Assembly (NCBI GenBank): GCA_963654395.1
Contig: CAVKBP010000001.1
Span: forward strand, 4,064-68,063
DNA: 64,000 nt
Reading direction: 5' to 3'
Origin: Ruminococcus sp. CAG:382
Lineage (GTDB): Bacteria > Bacillota > Clostridia > Lachnospirales > Lachnospiraceae
Position 1 is the first letter of the stretch, and each line of letters opens with the position of its first letter. Below, in pieces: positions 19,611 through 30,168 of the stretch. The notes under the pieces are model-generated. The model made no database searches, was not told the origin of the DNA, and saw nothing but the letters and a program-made list of their open reading frames with translations. A program made the translations under genes and the position numbers.

Positions 19611-20459
19611 ATGGAAAATATTGATATTGATTTTAGCCAGACGGTCAGCTCTGGTGCGGTCAGCATGATAGTTGCAGGCGCAATACTGGTATTGTCAGTG
19701 CTGATTATTGCAATAATAATCACAGCAAAGAGGTGGAAGGGAAGATTTATTCCACTGGTAATAGGACTGCTTTCGTATGTCGTATTCGGATTTATGTTTA
19801 CACAGATGTTCTTAAGCATTATAAGGCTTATCCCAAGTGTGGATATAGCTTTCACATATAATTCAAGCTCGTATATAGTCGTATATAATATAGTATTTGC
19901 AGCAGGACTTGCAATTGCGAGATGGTTTACTGTAAAGCTCATGGCAGATAAATACAACCGTGAGGGTGATGTAATACTTGCAGGAACAGGTATTGCTATG
20001 GGAGATGCTGTTATGATGTATGGATTATCAGCACTTTCATATTATGTATATGCACAGGCTATATCATCAAGCGGATTACAGAAGGTTATAGAGGATATGC
20101 TTTCAAGTGGATTATCTGCTGATGATGTTATGACAGAATACACCTCTAATATGGCACAGCTTTTTAATGCTCCGGAAATACTGTGGATTCTCATGGGACT
20201 GGCTACTGTATTAGACATAGCGTTGAATATCATATTATGCATGGTTGTATATGCAACAGTAAAGAAGCAGATTAATTATATGTTCGCATGGTATGCAATC
20301 ATAATACAGTTTGTGGCTGATATATTATTCCAGGTATACAACCCATATTCAACAGCCAATATTGTAATATTATTCGCTGTTAAATTAATTGTTGTCATAG
20401 GGGCAATACTTTATGTAAAGCAATTCATCATGAAGGAGATTAAGTATTCAGATGACTGA
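19611..20459 (+). CDS. YhfC/PrsW-like multi-pass membrane protein (catalytic motifs degenerate)
   Basis: Overall layout (FSQTVS N-terminus, PLVIG..YVVF, about 8 TMs) resembles the YhfC family. Confidence 0.55.
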   Translation: MENIDIDFSQTVSSGAVSMIVAGAILVLSVLIIAIIITAKRWKGRFIPLVIGLLSYVVFGFMFTQMFLSIIRLIPSVDIAFTYNSSSYIVVYNIVFAAGLAIARWFTVKLMADKYNREGDVILAGTGIAMGDAVMMYGLSALSYYVYAQAISSSGLQKVIEDMLSSGLSADDVMTEYTSNMAQLFNAPEILWILMGLATVLDIALNIILCMVVYATVKKQINYMFAWYAIIIQFVADILFQVYNPYSTANIVILFAVKLIVVIGAILYVKQFIMKEIKYSDD

Positions 20460-22833
20460 TGTTAAAAATGGACTTTCGCAGAAGCAGGTAGAAGAATTAA
20501 CACAAGAGGGCATGGTCAATATTTCTGTTGGAAAGCAGTCTAAGACTATCGGACAGATTGTTGCAGGTAATGTGTTTACATATTTCAACCTTATATTTGC
20601 TGTGTTTACAGTGCTTTTAGCTTTAGTGGAATCATATAACAATATGACCTTCGTTCCGGTAATCGTGTGCAATATGTTTATCGGAATAATTCAGGAGATA
20701 AGAGCAAAGAAAGTCCTTGATAAGCTTACGGTGGTCAATGAACCTAAGACATCAGTTATCAGAGACGGACAATTACATACTATAGCTTCGGAGACTCTGG
20801 TAAAGGGGGATTTGTGCGTATTCGCGGCTGGAAACCAGTTGAGTGCGGACGGAATTCTTGTGGAGGGGTTCGTGCGTGTGAACGAATCGCTTGTTACCGG
20901 TGAGTCTGACGAGGTTGTCAAGAATGCCGGGGATATATTACTCTCCGGCAGTTTTATTGTCTCGGGAGAGTGCAAGGCAGTACTTACTAATGTCGGGCTT
21001 GATGCATATGCCGCAAAGCTGGCAATAGAAGCCAAGGCAGGACGGAAAAAGCAGAAGACAGATATGATGGAATCCCTTGACAAGCTGGTAAAGACAATCG
21101 GTGTACTGATTATACCTATCGGAATTGGCTTATATCTGCAGAGCAGATTTGCAGTAGGAAGTCCGGTAAAGAGCAGCGTGGATTCAATGATAGCTTCCTT
21201 AGTCGGAATGATTCCGGAAGGTCTGTATCTGTTGGCGAGCGTTGCACTTGTTGTCAGTGTTATGAGGCTTGGAAAGAAAAATGTCATAGTCCATGAGATG
21301 AACTGCGTAGAGACACTTGCAAGGGTAAATGTGCTGTGCGTTGATAAAACAGGAACAATCACCAGACCTGATATGTCGGTTACGCATGTTGAAATACTGG
21401 ATTACACAGATGGCTATGGAGAGCATACGGATCACCATGAAACAGAGCTGATTATTAAAAATGTGGTGGCGGCAATAAGCCCTGATAATGAAACTATGAA
21501 AGCAGTCCACTCATATTATGGAATTGACAGGGAGCGAGAGTGCGACGAGGTATTTCCATTTTCATCACAGAATAAATACAGCGGCGCAAGATATGGAAAG
21601 GATGTATATCTGCTTGGAGCACCGGAATATCTGCTCCTTAAGTCATACCCTGATTACAAAAGGATTATTGATAAGTATTCCTGCAATGGCGAGAGGATTA
21701 TTGTTTTTGGAAAGGCTAATGAAGAGATAACAGGTGAGGCTGTCACAACTGCAATAACGCCTATGGGCTTTATAATACTCGAGAATGAGATAAGAGAAAC
21801 AGCTAAAGACACATTTGAATATTTCAAAAAACAGGGCGTTGCCATCAAGGTTATATCCGGAGATAATCCTGTCACTGCGTCAAAGGTTGCAATAAGGGCA
21901 GGCATTGAAAAAGCGACGCATTATATAGACGCAACACTGCTTAAGACAGATGATGACATAGCACAGGCAGTCACTAAATATACAGTTTTCGGAAGGGTAA
22001 TTCCGGAACAGAAGAAAAAGATTATTGAAGCCTTCAAGGCAGCCGGAAATGTTGTCGCAATGACTGGTGACGGTGTCAATGATGTGCTTGCGTTAAAATG
22101 TGCTGATTGTAGTGTTGCAATGGCATCCGGAAGCGAGGCAGCCAGCAATGCGGCACAGATTGTACTTCTTGATTCGGATTTTTCCAAGATGCCTGATGTT
22201 GTAGGAGAGGGAAGACGGGTTGTCAATAATATCAAGAGGTCGGCATCACTGTTTTTAGCAAAGAATATATTTTCAATGCTGCTTACAATATTTACTCTTA
22301 TATCAGTCAATCTGTATCCGCTGTATCCGACACAGCTATCGTTCCTAAGTGTGTTTACGATAGGAATACCAGCATTTTTTCTGGCGCTGCAGCCTAACAA
22401 GAGCCTGATAAAGGGAGATTTCCTTGTCAATGTTGTGCTAAAGGCACTGCCGACAGGAATTACGGACTTCATAGTGGTTACGATTATAACGATATATGGC
22501 AACTGCACAGGAAGTCCGCATGAGCAGACGGCAACAGCGGCAACTCTGGTGCTTCTTACTGTAGGAATGGCTGCACTTGTGAGGGTATGTATGCCATTTG
22601 ATACGATAAGAATTGTTGTATGCGTTGCAATGGCAGGCGGTATAGTATTTTCAATGATATTCCTAAGACCGCTGTTTGCAATGGTTGTACTTAAGGGGCT
22701 TCCGAGAAATCTTACAATCATCATGATGATTCTGTCGCTGCCTCTGTACAGATATGTATGCAGGCTGACGGCATGGCTTATAGGCTACTTTGAAAACCAC
22801 AGCCGTCATTTCAGGCACCTGCTTAAGGGATGA
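20452..22833 (+). CDS. cation-transporting P-type ATPase
   Basis: TGES, IPEGL, DKTGT, ISGDN, TGDGVND. Confidence 0.95.
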   Translation: MTDVKNGLSQKQVEELTQEGMVNISVGKQSKTIGQIVAGNVFTYFNLIFAVFTVLLALVESYNNMTFVPVIVCNMFIGIIQEIRAKKVLDKLTVVNEPKTSVIRDGQLHTIASETLVKGDLCVFAAGNQLSADGILVEGFVRVNESLVTGESDEVVKNAGDILLSGSFIVSGECKAVLTNVGLDAYAAKLAIEAKAGRKKQKTDMMESLDKLVKTIGVLIIPIGIGLYLQSRFAVGSPVKSSVDSMIASLVGMIPEGLYLLASVALVVSVMRLGKKNVIVHEMNCVETLARVNVLCVDKTGTITRPDMSVTHVEILDYTDGYGEHTDHHETELIIKNVVAAISPDNETMKAVHSYYGIDRERECDEVFPFSSQNKYSGARYGKDVYLLGAPEYLLLKSYPDYKRIIDKYSCNGERIIVFGKANEEITGEAVTTAITPMGFIILENEIRETAKDTFEYFKKQGVAIKVISGDNPVTASKVAIRAGIEKATHYIDATLLKTDDDIAQAVTKYTVFGRVIPEQKKKIIEAFKAAGNVVAMTGDGVNDVLALKCADCSVAMASGSEAASNAAQIVLLDSDFSKMPDVVGEGRRVVNNIKRSASLFLAKNIFSMLLTIFTLISVNLYPLYPTQLSFLSVFTIGIPAFFLALQPNKSLIKGDFLVNVVLKALPTGITDFIVVTIITIYGNCTGSPHEQTATAATLVLLTVGMAALVRVCMPFDTIRIVVCVAMAGGIVFSMIFLRPLFAMVVLKGLPRNLTIIMMILSLPLYRYVCRLTAWLIGYFENHSRHFRHLLKG

Positions 22834-22846
22834 TTATACAAATGTG

Positions 22847-23890
22847 CTATCTTCCGAGAGCTTTTTTGGAATATTCAGTTGTTACAAGACTGGTGTAGGG
22901 AACTGGTGAAGCCAGCTCGCCGGCCTGCGTAAGAATATCCTGTAACAGATTAAAGCTTTCCCCAGTGAATATGGTATTTGTTTTCCATGTGTCCTGGGAT
23001 TTATATCTTTCAACGATTGCGGTTATTGTTGCAATATCAGTTTCTTTAAACTGGGGTGCAATAATAGCCGCAACTTCTTCTGAGGTATGAGTGTTGACAT
23101 AATCAAGCCCCTTCTGTGTTGCATTGGTGAATTTCTGAATCACATCAGAATTCTTTTCGATATAACTTTTCTTTGCACAGTATGCTGTGTATGGCACATA
23201 TCCGCTTTCTACACCTAAGGAGGCAGTGACATAACCTTCACCCTGCTGTTCAAGCAGAGTGGCGGATGGCTCGAACTCAACAGTGTAATCGCCGATTCCT
23301 GAGGTGAATGCAGCAGATGTTGAGCCAAAGTCCACATTCTGAAGGATTTCAAGGTCTGTTTCCGGATTGATGTTGTTCTTTTTCAGAATATATTCAAAAA
23401 GCATCTGCGGCATGCCGCCAGCTCTTCCGCCTATTACTGTTTTTCCTTTAAGCTCTGACCAGTCAAAGCTGTCATCAGCTTCCCTGCCAACTAAGAAATT
23501 GCCGGCACGCTGTGTAAGTCCTGCAAAGTTGACGGCATAGTCATCAGAGCCTTCCGCGTATACATAGATGGATGATTCAGAACCCATGAAGCCTATGTCG
23601 GCATCTCCTGATATAAGGGCAGTCATTACCTTGTCAGCGCCAAAGCCGTTAGTGACGGTAAGCTCAAGTCCTTCGTCGGCAAAATATCCATTTTCAATGG
23701 CAACATACTGCGGGGCATAGAATATGGAGTGTGTCACCTCACAGAGAGTAACCTGCTTAAGCTGGCTGTCAGCCTTTTCCTTATTGCGGGCTGTAAGTTG
23801 GAGAACCGTAATAGATAAAATGGTCATGGTAATAAATATTGATATATATTTTCTGATAGACTTCAATGAAATTCTCCATTGTTGATACAT
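22847..23890 (-). CDS. ABC transporter substrate-binding protein (NMT1/SsuA-like)
   Basis: EVTHSIFYAPQYVA, GGRAGGMP, FEPSAT. A TTG start near 23866 after GGAG is possible. Confidence 0.88.
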   Translation of the reverse strand: MYQQWRISLKSIRKYISIFITMTILSITVLQLTARNKEKADSQLKQVTLCEVTHSIFYAPQYVAIENGYFADEGLELTVTNGFGADKVMTALISGDADIGFMGSESSIYVYAEGSDDYAVNFAGLTQRAGNFLVGREADDSFDWSELKGKTVIGGRAGGMPQMLFEYILKKNNINPETDLEILQNVDFGSTSAAFTSGIGDYTVEFEPSATLLEQQGEGYVTASLGVESGYVPYTAYCAKKSYIEKNSDVIQKFTNATQKGLDYVNTHTSEEVAAIIAPQFKETDIATITAIVERYKSQDTWKTNTIFTGESFNLLQDILTQAGELASPVPYTSLVTTEYSKKALGR

Positions 23891-24027
23891 TTATTGTTAT
23901 AGTATTACCGGGTTATATTTTGGTTACATAAAAGGGAATAAAAAGATTGTAATTTTATGGGAAATTATGGTATTATATTAGAAAATTAAGGTGTGATTAA
24001 TTTAATATCTGTATATGGAGGCATGTT

Positions 24028-25455
24028 ATGTTTGGGAAAAATAAAGCGACAGCTAAAGCATCGTCAGGTAATGATTTACAGACACTGCTTGAGGTGTTTG
24101 ACAAAATAATTTCAGGGGAGATATCACAGACGGGTGAAGCACCAGCAAGTGAAGCAGCTTTTGAAAATCCGGAGATTGCAAGGAAGTTCAATCAGGTTGT
24201 CGAGACTTACAAGAGATTTAACAATAATTTCGTGATGAGACTTAATGAGGCAATGGAGTCAATAGGGGATAATTCTTATGTTAAGAATATGATGGATGAG
24301 GTTCATTCACAGGCTGAGGCCATAGGCGCTATGGGAGAGGCTGGACATAATCTGGAGGAGTCCATCAATCATATCAATGCGACAATGGCTGATATCAAGG
24401 ACAACACACATGAAATGCTTGCTGCTACACAGAACAGCACAGCTAATATGAATGACAGCATCAAGGTGGTTAATGAATCGTCAGAAAAGATAGCTGATAT
24501 TAACAGACAGGTACAGGAATTCCAGGATAAGATACATAAGATTGGTGAGATTGTTGATATAGTCAAGAAGGTTGCAAGCCAGAGTAATCTGCTGGCACTT
24601 AATGCGTCTATCGAGGCAGCAAGAGCAGGTGAGGCAGGAAGAGGCTTCGCGGTTGTTGCAGACCAGGTAAGACAGTTATCAAGCAGTACGGCGGAGTCGG
24701 CTGATGATATCGTTAATTATGTAAGAGAGCTTAACGAGAATATAGAAACACTTGCAGTTTCCATGGATGAGACAACAGTTAAGTTATCAGAGGGCAATGC
24801 GAAGGTAGAAGAATCACTTTCAGATATTGAGAAGATGAATGAACAGATGGTTGCAATCAACGGTGCTGTCAATGGAATATTTTCAGATATTGATACACAG
24901 TCATCTATCACTACAGAATTTGCAAGACAGGTAGATTCTATTGCAGAAAGCTATGATAAGCTGTCTGACAACTGCATGGCTACAGGTACTCATATCTATA
25001 AGATTGGAAGATATATAGATACTGCAAGAAGTGATATGTACAGATCATTTTCAAATGTTACAACACAGGATAAGATAAGAATATTCCAGATAGATCATTT
25101 TATCCTTATGTGGAGAGTATATAACAATGCTGTCGGTTTTGAAGCACTTAAGATTACACAGCTTAACAATCCTGATGGCTGCAAGCTTGGTAAGTGGATG
25201 AAGGAGCAGACAGATCCACAGATTACAGGAAGCAGAGAGTTTAAGGAGCTGGATGCAGCACACAGACAGGTTCATAAGTACGCATGTGATTCATGGAATG
25301 CCAAGGAGGCAGGCAATGTAGATCTTGCCCTTGAATATTTCCAGAAATGCTATGACGCATTTGATGTATACAGCAGCAGGATTGAGGCATTCAAGAGCTA
25401 TATGAAAACTATTGGTTATACAGACGAAACAGAAACTGTAACTTTCAGAAAGTAA
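24028..25455 (+). CDS. soluble methyl-accepting chemotaxis protein with C-terminal CZB domain
   Basis: [30 protein letters not shown] motif DH...CKLGKW...HRQVH; no TM segment. Confidence 0.92.
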   Translation: MFGKNKATAKASSGNDLQTLLEVFDKIISGEISQTGEAPASEAAFENPEIARKFNQVVETYKRFNNNFVMRLNEAMESIGDNSYVKNMMDEVHSQAEAIGAMGEAGHNLEESINHINATMADIKDNTHEMLAATQNSTANMNDSIKVVNESSEKIADINRQVQEFQDKIHKIGEIVDIVKKVASQSNLLALNASIEAARAGEAGRGFAVVADQVRQLSSSTAESADDIVNYVRELNENIETLAVSMDETTVKLSEGNAKVEESLSDIEKMNEQMVAINGAVNGIFSDIDTQSSITTEFARQVDSIAESYDKLSDNCMATGTHIYKIGRYIDTARSDMYRSFSNVTTQDKIRIFQIDHFILMWRVYNNAVGFEALKITQLNNPDGCKLGKWMKEQTDPQITGSREFKELDAAHRQVHKYACDSWNAKEAGNVDLALEYFQKCYDAFDVYSSRIEAFKSYMKTIGYTDETETVTFRK

Positions 25456-25465
25456 TTAAAGTAAT

Positions 25466-25500
25466 GAGTCTCCTATGGTATAACATGGGAGACTTATTTG
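25466..25500 (+). terminator. probable terminator
   Basis: GAGTCTCCTATG/CATGGGAGACTT stem + ATTTG. Confidence 0.6.
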
Positions 25501-25568
25501 GTTACTGACATATATTATAATTTGGTTGGCAGACTTAAGCTGCAATAAAGAGATTTTGGAGAGAGATT

Positions 25569-27230
25569 ATGGACGGATATAAAGAGAAAGCAAAAGATAT
25601 CATGGTTATAGGTCACAAGAATCCTGATACTGACTCAATATGTTCAGCAATATGCTATGCAGATTTAAAGAATAAGATAACAGGAACTAATAATTATGTT
25701 CCTAAAAGAGCAGGACATCTCAATGAGGAGACACATTTTGTGCTTGACAGATTCGGCGTGAAGGCACCTGAATATATTAAAGATGTACGGCCGCAGGTAA
25801 TGAATATAGAGATAAGGCAGACCGAAGGAATAGATATTGAGCTTTCTGTCCGTAATGCATGGAAGCTGATGGATTCCCTTAATGTTGTGACACTTCCTAT
25901 TACGGAAGGGAAAAAGCTGACAGGACTTGTATCTATTGATGATATAGCTAAATCATATTTTGAAACCTTTGATAATAAGGTCTTGTCCAGTGCGAAGACA
26001 AGCTTTGCCAACATTGTTGAGACTCTTGAGGGAAGAGTTGTTACAGGTGATGAAAGCGAGATATTTGACAAAGGAAAGATGCTTATAGCCGCAGCCAATC
26101 CTGATATGATGGAGAGCATGATTGAGGAGGGGGATATCGTAATTCTTGGAAACAGGTATGAATCCCAGCTCTGTGCGATAGAGATGGATGCCAAATGTCT
26201 CATAATATGTGAGGGTGCAAAGGTATCTAACACTATTGCCAAAATCGCAAGAAGCCACAACTGTATTATTATCGAGACAGCTTATGATACTTATACTGTT
26301 GCAAGGCTTATGAATCAGGCAATCCCGGTAGGATTTTTCATGACACCAAGAGACAGGATTGTGTGCTTTAAGACTACGGATTATATCGAGGATATCCAGG
26401 AAATCATGACTAAAAAAAGATTCAGGGATTTCCCGATTGAGGATGAGGACGGCAATTATGTGGGAACAATTTCAAGAAGAAACCTGCTCCGTTCAGGAAA
26501 GAAGAGGGTTATCCTTGTGGACCACAATGAAAAGAATCAGGCAGTCAACGGAATTGAGGATACAGAGATTCTCGAGATAATTGACCATCACAGATTAGGT
26601 TCTATCCAGACTATAACACCTGTGTTTTTCAGAAACCAGCCGCTTGGATGTACGGGAACAATTATATATAAAATGTATCAGGAGGCAGGAATTGAGATTG
26701 AGCCTGTTATAGCCGGACTTATGTGCTCTGCCATTATATCAGACACATTGATATTCAAATCACCTACATGCACACCTGATGATATAGAAGCAGCGAACAA
26801 GCTGGCAAAGCTTGCAGGAATAGATCCAGAGGTGCATGGAAGACAGATGTTTGGTGCCGGAAGCAATCTTGATGAGAAGACAGACAGAGAGATATTTTAT
26901 CAGGATTTCAAGAAGTTCGCAATCAACGATATCATGATAGGCATTGGACAGGTTAATGCAATGGGACCTGAGGATATTGAAAAGATTAAAGAAAAGGAGC
27001 TGCCATATATCGATACGGTTATAGGTGATGGCGGTCTTGATGTTGTATATTTCCTTATGACAGATATATCTACAGAATGCTCATATGTACTGTGTTCCGG
27101 TAAAAATGCGGATACAATTATGGCACAGGCATTTGGAGTTGACAAACAGCAGGATACATATATACTAAAAAATGTTGTTTCAAGAAAGAAACAGTTCCTA
27201 CCGGCTATTATGGAGGCAATGGAACAGTAG
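25569..27230 (+). CDS. ppaC: family II Mn-dependent inorganic pyrophosphatase with CBS/DRTGG insert
   Basis: GHKNPDTDS, VILGNR, LVDHNE, IIDHH, VVSRKKQ. Confidence 0.93.
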   Translation: MDGYKEKAKDIMVIGHKNPDTDSICSAICYADLKNKITGTNNYVPKRAGHLNEETHFVLDRFGVKAPEYIKDVRPQVMNIEIRQTEGIDIELSVRNAWKLMDSLNVVTLPITEGKKLTGLVSIDDIAKSYFETFDNKVLSSAKTSFANIVETLEGRVVTGDESEIFDKGKMLIAAANPDMMESMIEEGDIVILGNRYESQLCAIEMDAKCLIICEGAKVSNTIAKIARSHNCIIIETAYDTYTVARLMNQAIPVGFFMTPRDRIVCFKTTDYIEDIQEIMTKKRFRDFPIEDEDGNYVGTISRRNLLRSGKKRVILVDHNEKNQAVNGIEDTEILEIIDHHRLGSIQTITPVFFRNQPLGCTGTIIYKMYQEAGIEIEPVIAGLMCSAIISDTLIFKSPTCTPDDIEAANKLAKLAGIDPEVHGRQMFGAGSNLDEKTDREIFYQDFKKFAINDIMIGIGQVNAMGPEDIEKIKEKELPYIDTVIGDGGLDVVYFLMTDISTECSYVLCSGKNADTIMAQAFGVDKQQDTYILKNVVSRKKQFLPAIMEAMEQ

Positions 27231-27249
27231 TAAGAAATGGAGATTAGTA

Positions 27250-28122
27250 ATGAGAGCATTACGAAAGGATGAACCTTGCTGGTGTCACAGTGGAAAGAAA
27301 TATTGTGACTGTCACAAGGAGTTTGATAAAAGGCTGGATAATTACAGAAGAAAGTTTCATAAGGTTCCACCTAGAGGAATAATAAAGAATGAGGAGCAGC
27401 TTGCAGGGATGAGAGAGAGCAGCAAAATTAATATTGCTGTGCTTGATTATGTTGCGGAAAATATCCATGCAGGAATGACGACACAGGACATAGATGACTT
27501 AGTATATCAGAAGACAACTGAAATGGGAGGAATTCCGGCACCGCTTAATTATGAAGGGTTTCCTAAGAGTGTGTGTACTTCAATTAATGAGCAGGTGTGC
27601 CATGGAATACCATCTAAGAATATACAGCTTCTTGACGGCGACATAGTTAATGTTGACTGTTCTACGATACTCAACGGATATTTCTCTGATTCATCAAGAA
27701 TGTTCTGCATAGGCAATGTCGCACCGGAGCATAAGAAGCTGGTAGATGTCGCTAAGGAATGCGTAGAAGCCGGACTGTCACAGGTAAAGCCATGGGGACA
27801 TCTCGGTGATGTTGCGGCGGCAATCAGTGGACATGCCAAAGCTAACGGATATTCAGTGGTAAGGGAAGTTGGCGGACATGGAATAGGTCTGGAGTTCCAT
27901 GAAACACCATTTGTCAGCTATGTAATCAAAAAGGGAACTGGAATGGTAATGGCACCGGGAATGGTGTTCACAATCGAGCCGATGATTAATGCAGGGCTTC
28001 CTGACATATACATAGACGAGGGCAATAACTGGACGATATATACAGATGATGACTCATACTCTGCACAGTGGGAAATAATGGTGCTTGTGACAGAGGATGG
28101 GCATGAGGTTATGGCTTACTAA
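27250..28122 (+). CDS. map: methionine aminopeptidase with N-terminal SEC-C motif
   Basis: DEPCWCHSGKKYCDCH; FPKSVCTS, CHGIP, GHGIG..FHE, FTIEPMIN. Confidence 0.93.
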   Translation: MRALRKDEPCWCHSGKKYCDCHKEFDKRLDNYRRKFHKVPPRGIIKNEEQLAGMRESSKINIAVLDYVAENIHAGMTTQDIDDLVYQKTTEMGGIPAPLNYEGFPKSVCTSINEQVCHGIPSKNIQLLDGDIVNVDCSTILNGYFSDSSRMFCIGNVAPEHKKLVDVAKECVEAGLSQVKPWGHLGDVAAAISGHAKANGYSVVREVGGHGIGLEFHETPFVSYVIKKGTGMVMAPGMVFTIEPMINAGLPDIYIDEGNNWTIYTDDDSYSAQWEIMVLVTEDGHEVMAY

Positions 28123-28140
28123 GGTGAATAGAGGTGTGTG

Positions 28141-28291
28141 TACATCCGCAAAAGAGGTGTTTCCGGCGCAGTATCTGTCTATGCCTATGCTCTCATGAAT
28201 ACTGCGCTTAGCGGGTGTAAATGCCGCTATCTACAAAGCTTATTACGGTGCTGGAAAACAACGCGCTTCGCTTGAACGGGTTTTCCAACAC
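28141..28291. repeat. structured intergenic segment (nested hairpins)
   Basis: TACATCCGC/GCGGGTGTA, GCGCAGTAT/ATACTGCGC, GTGCTGGAAAAC/GTTTTCCAACAC. Confidence 0.5.
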
Positions 28292-28366
28292 AGTTCTTAT
28301 ATTAGGACATACAACAATAAGAATGCTGTTTCATATACTGTAGTGATACTTGTATATGGAGCTTTT

Positions 28367-28507
28367 ATGATGATGAATGAACTGGTTCCGGCTATGTGCT
28401 ATGTGCCTTGGCAGCGCTGGGACGACATATATGAGCCTTCGCGGGCTCTTATGCGGGGGACTTTGTTTTCTGTGCTTGATAAACCATTTACAGGAGGCAG
28501 GTCATGA
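28367..28507 (+). CDS. cotJA: spore coat associated protein CotJA (46 aa, below ORF-track cutoff)
   Basis: MMMNELVPAMCYVPWQRWDDIYEPSRALMRGTLFSVLDKPF; ATGA overlap with cotJB. Confidence 0.9.
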   Translation: MMMNELVPAMCYVPWQRWDDIYEPSRALMRGTLFSVLDKPFTGGRS

Positions 28508-28782
28508 ATTGTTGTAGTAATATTAAAAATGAAAAGGCTATGATGATGCAGAATATTTATGAGCTGGGCTTTGCGCTTGTTGAGACTATGCTTTATCTGG
28601 ATACTCATCCTGATGATTCTGCAGCTATTGAATATTATGCAGAGACTAAAGACAAATATGTACAGTTCATGAAAAATTATTCGGATTATTACGGACCTCT
28701 CAGCATGGATTACATGGTGAATGATAACTACTGGATGTGGGTGGCAACCCCTATGCCGTGGGAATACAAGGGAGGTATGTGA
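28504..28782 (+). CDS. cotJB: spore coat protein CotJB
   Basis: LYLDTHPDD..A, YGPL, WMWVATPMPWE. Confidence 0.92.
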   Translation: MNCCSNIKNEKAMMMQNIYELGFALVETMLYLDTHPDDSAAIEYYAETKDKYVQFMKNYSDYYGPLSMDYMVNDNYWMWVATPMPWEYKGGM

Positions 28783-28783
28783 T

Positions 28784-29383
28784 ATGTGGAATTATGAGAA
28801 GAGACTTCAGTACCCTGTCAACATAAAGAATTGTAATCCTACACTGGCGGCTATGATTATCTCGCAATATGGTGGTCCAGACGGCGAGCTTGGCGCATCC
28901 ATGAGGTATCTGTCACAAAGATACTCCATGCCATACAGGGAGACTGCCGGGCTTCTGACGGATATCGGAACAGAGGAGTTAGGACATCTCGAGATGGTAA
29001 GTACAATGGTTCACCAGCTTACAAGAAATCTCACAATGGAGCAGATAAAGGGAACGCCTTTCGAGGCTTACTATGTTGACCATACGGTAGGTGTATGGCC
29101 GCAGGCGGCTGGTGGTGTGCCTTTCTGTGCCAGTGAATTCCAGTCAAAGGGAGATGCAATAACTGATATTGTGGAGGATATGGCAGCAGAGCAGAAAGCA
29201 AGATCAACCTATGATAATCTGATAAGGCTATGCCGCGATGATCCGGATGTTTATGATCCGTTGAAGTTTTTAAGGGAAAGAGAGATTGTGCATTTCCAGA
29301 GATTCGGTGAGGCATTGTCAATCATACAGAGCAAGCTTGATTCTAAGAATTTCTATGCATATAATCCGGAATTTAAAGGTTAA
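28784..29383 (+). CDS. cotJC: CotJC, manganese catalase family
   Basis: MWNYEKRLQYPV, QYGGPDGE, DIGTEELGHLE, FLREREIVHFQRF. Confidence 0.93.
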   Translation: MWNYEKRLQYPVNIKNCNPTLAAMIISQYGGPDGELGASMRYLSQRYSMPYRETAGLLTDIGTEELGHLEMVSTMVHQLTRNLTMEQIKGTPFEAYYVDHTVGVWPQAAGGVPFCASEFQSKGDAITDIVEDMAAEQKARSTYDNLIRLCRDDPDVYDPLKFLREREIVHFQRFGEALSIIQSKLDSKNFYAYNPEFKG

Positions 29384-29430
29384 TTAAAAAGTTAATTAAA
29401 AGGATAAGCACATTGGTTAAAGGAGTACCC

Positions 29431-30168
29431 ATGAAAGAAAAAATATATACAATACCTGTAAATGATGCATTTTCATCAGACTGCGAATGTCCGATTTGTT
29501 CAATGTATAAGTCACTTGAGGATGACGCAGTTGCTTATACTATGGGACCTAGTTATATGGAAGATGACATAAGAGCCATGACAGATAAAAAAGGGTTCTG
29601 CCAGAAGCATTTAAAAAAGGTCTACGACTGTGAGAACAGGCTTGGGTTTGCGCTTGTCATGAAGACACATCTTGACAGAGTGATTAATGACATTGAAGGC
29701 TTACAGGATGGTAAAGTGGCAGGCAGGTCAATGTTTAAGAAGGCTGATAAGCCGGCTGTGACAGCATATACAGAGCAGCTTGAGGGCACATGCTTTGTGT
29801 GTGAGAGGATTGAGGACACATTTGAAAGATATCTGGATACTATATTCCATATGTATAAGCATGACGGTGATTTCAGACAGAAGTTCAGAGAATGTAAGGG
29901 CTTCTGTACGAAGCATTACGGAATTCTTATAGAGCGCGCGGCTAACAGCTTAAAGGGTGATATGGCAGAGGAGTTCATTAAGACGACTAACAGCCTGTAT
30001 ATTGAAAATATGAAGCGTGTGAGAGATGATGTTGAGTGGTTCATTAATAAGTTCGACCATAAATATATCGACGAGCCATGGAAGAATGCCAAGGATTCTC
30101 TTGTGCGTGCAATGATAAAGGATGGCTCATATATAGCGGATGAACCGGGAAAGAAGAATAACAGATAA
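29431..30168 (+). CDS. DUF6062-like protein with duplicated CxxC...GFCxxH motif
   Basis: CPIC...GFCQKH and CFVC...GFCTKH; RBS AAGGAG. Confidence 0.75.
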   Translation: MKEKIYTIPVNDAFSSDCECPICSMYKSLEDDAVAYTMGPSYMEDDIRAMTDKKGFCQKHLKKVYDCENRLGFALVMKTHLDRVINDIEGLQDGKVAGRSMFKKADKPAVTAYTEQLEGTCFVCERIEDTFERYLDTIFHMYKHDGDFRQKFRECKGFCTKHYGILIERAANSLKGDMAEEFIKTTNSLYIENMKRVRDDVEWFINKFDHKYIDEPWKNAKDSLVRAMIKDGSYIADEPGKKNNR

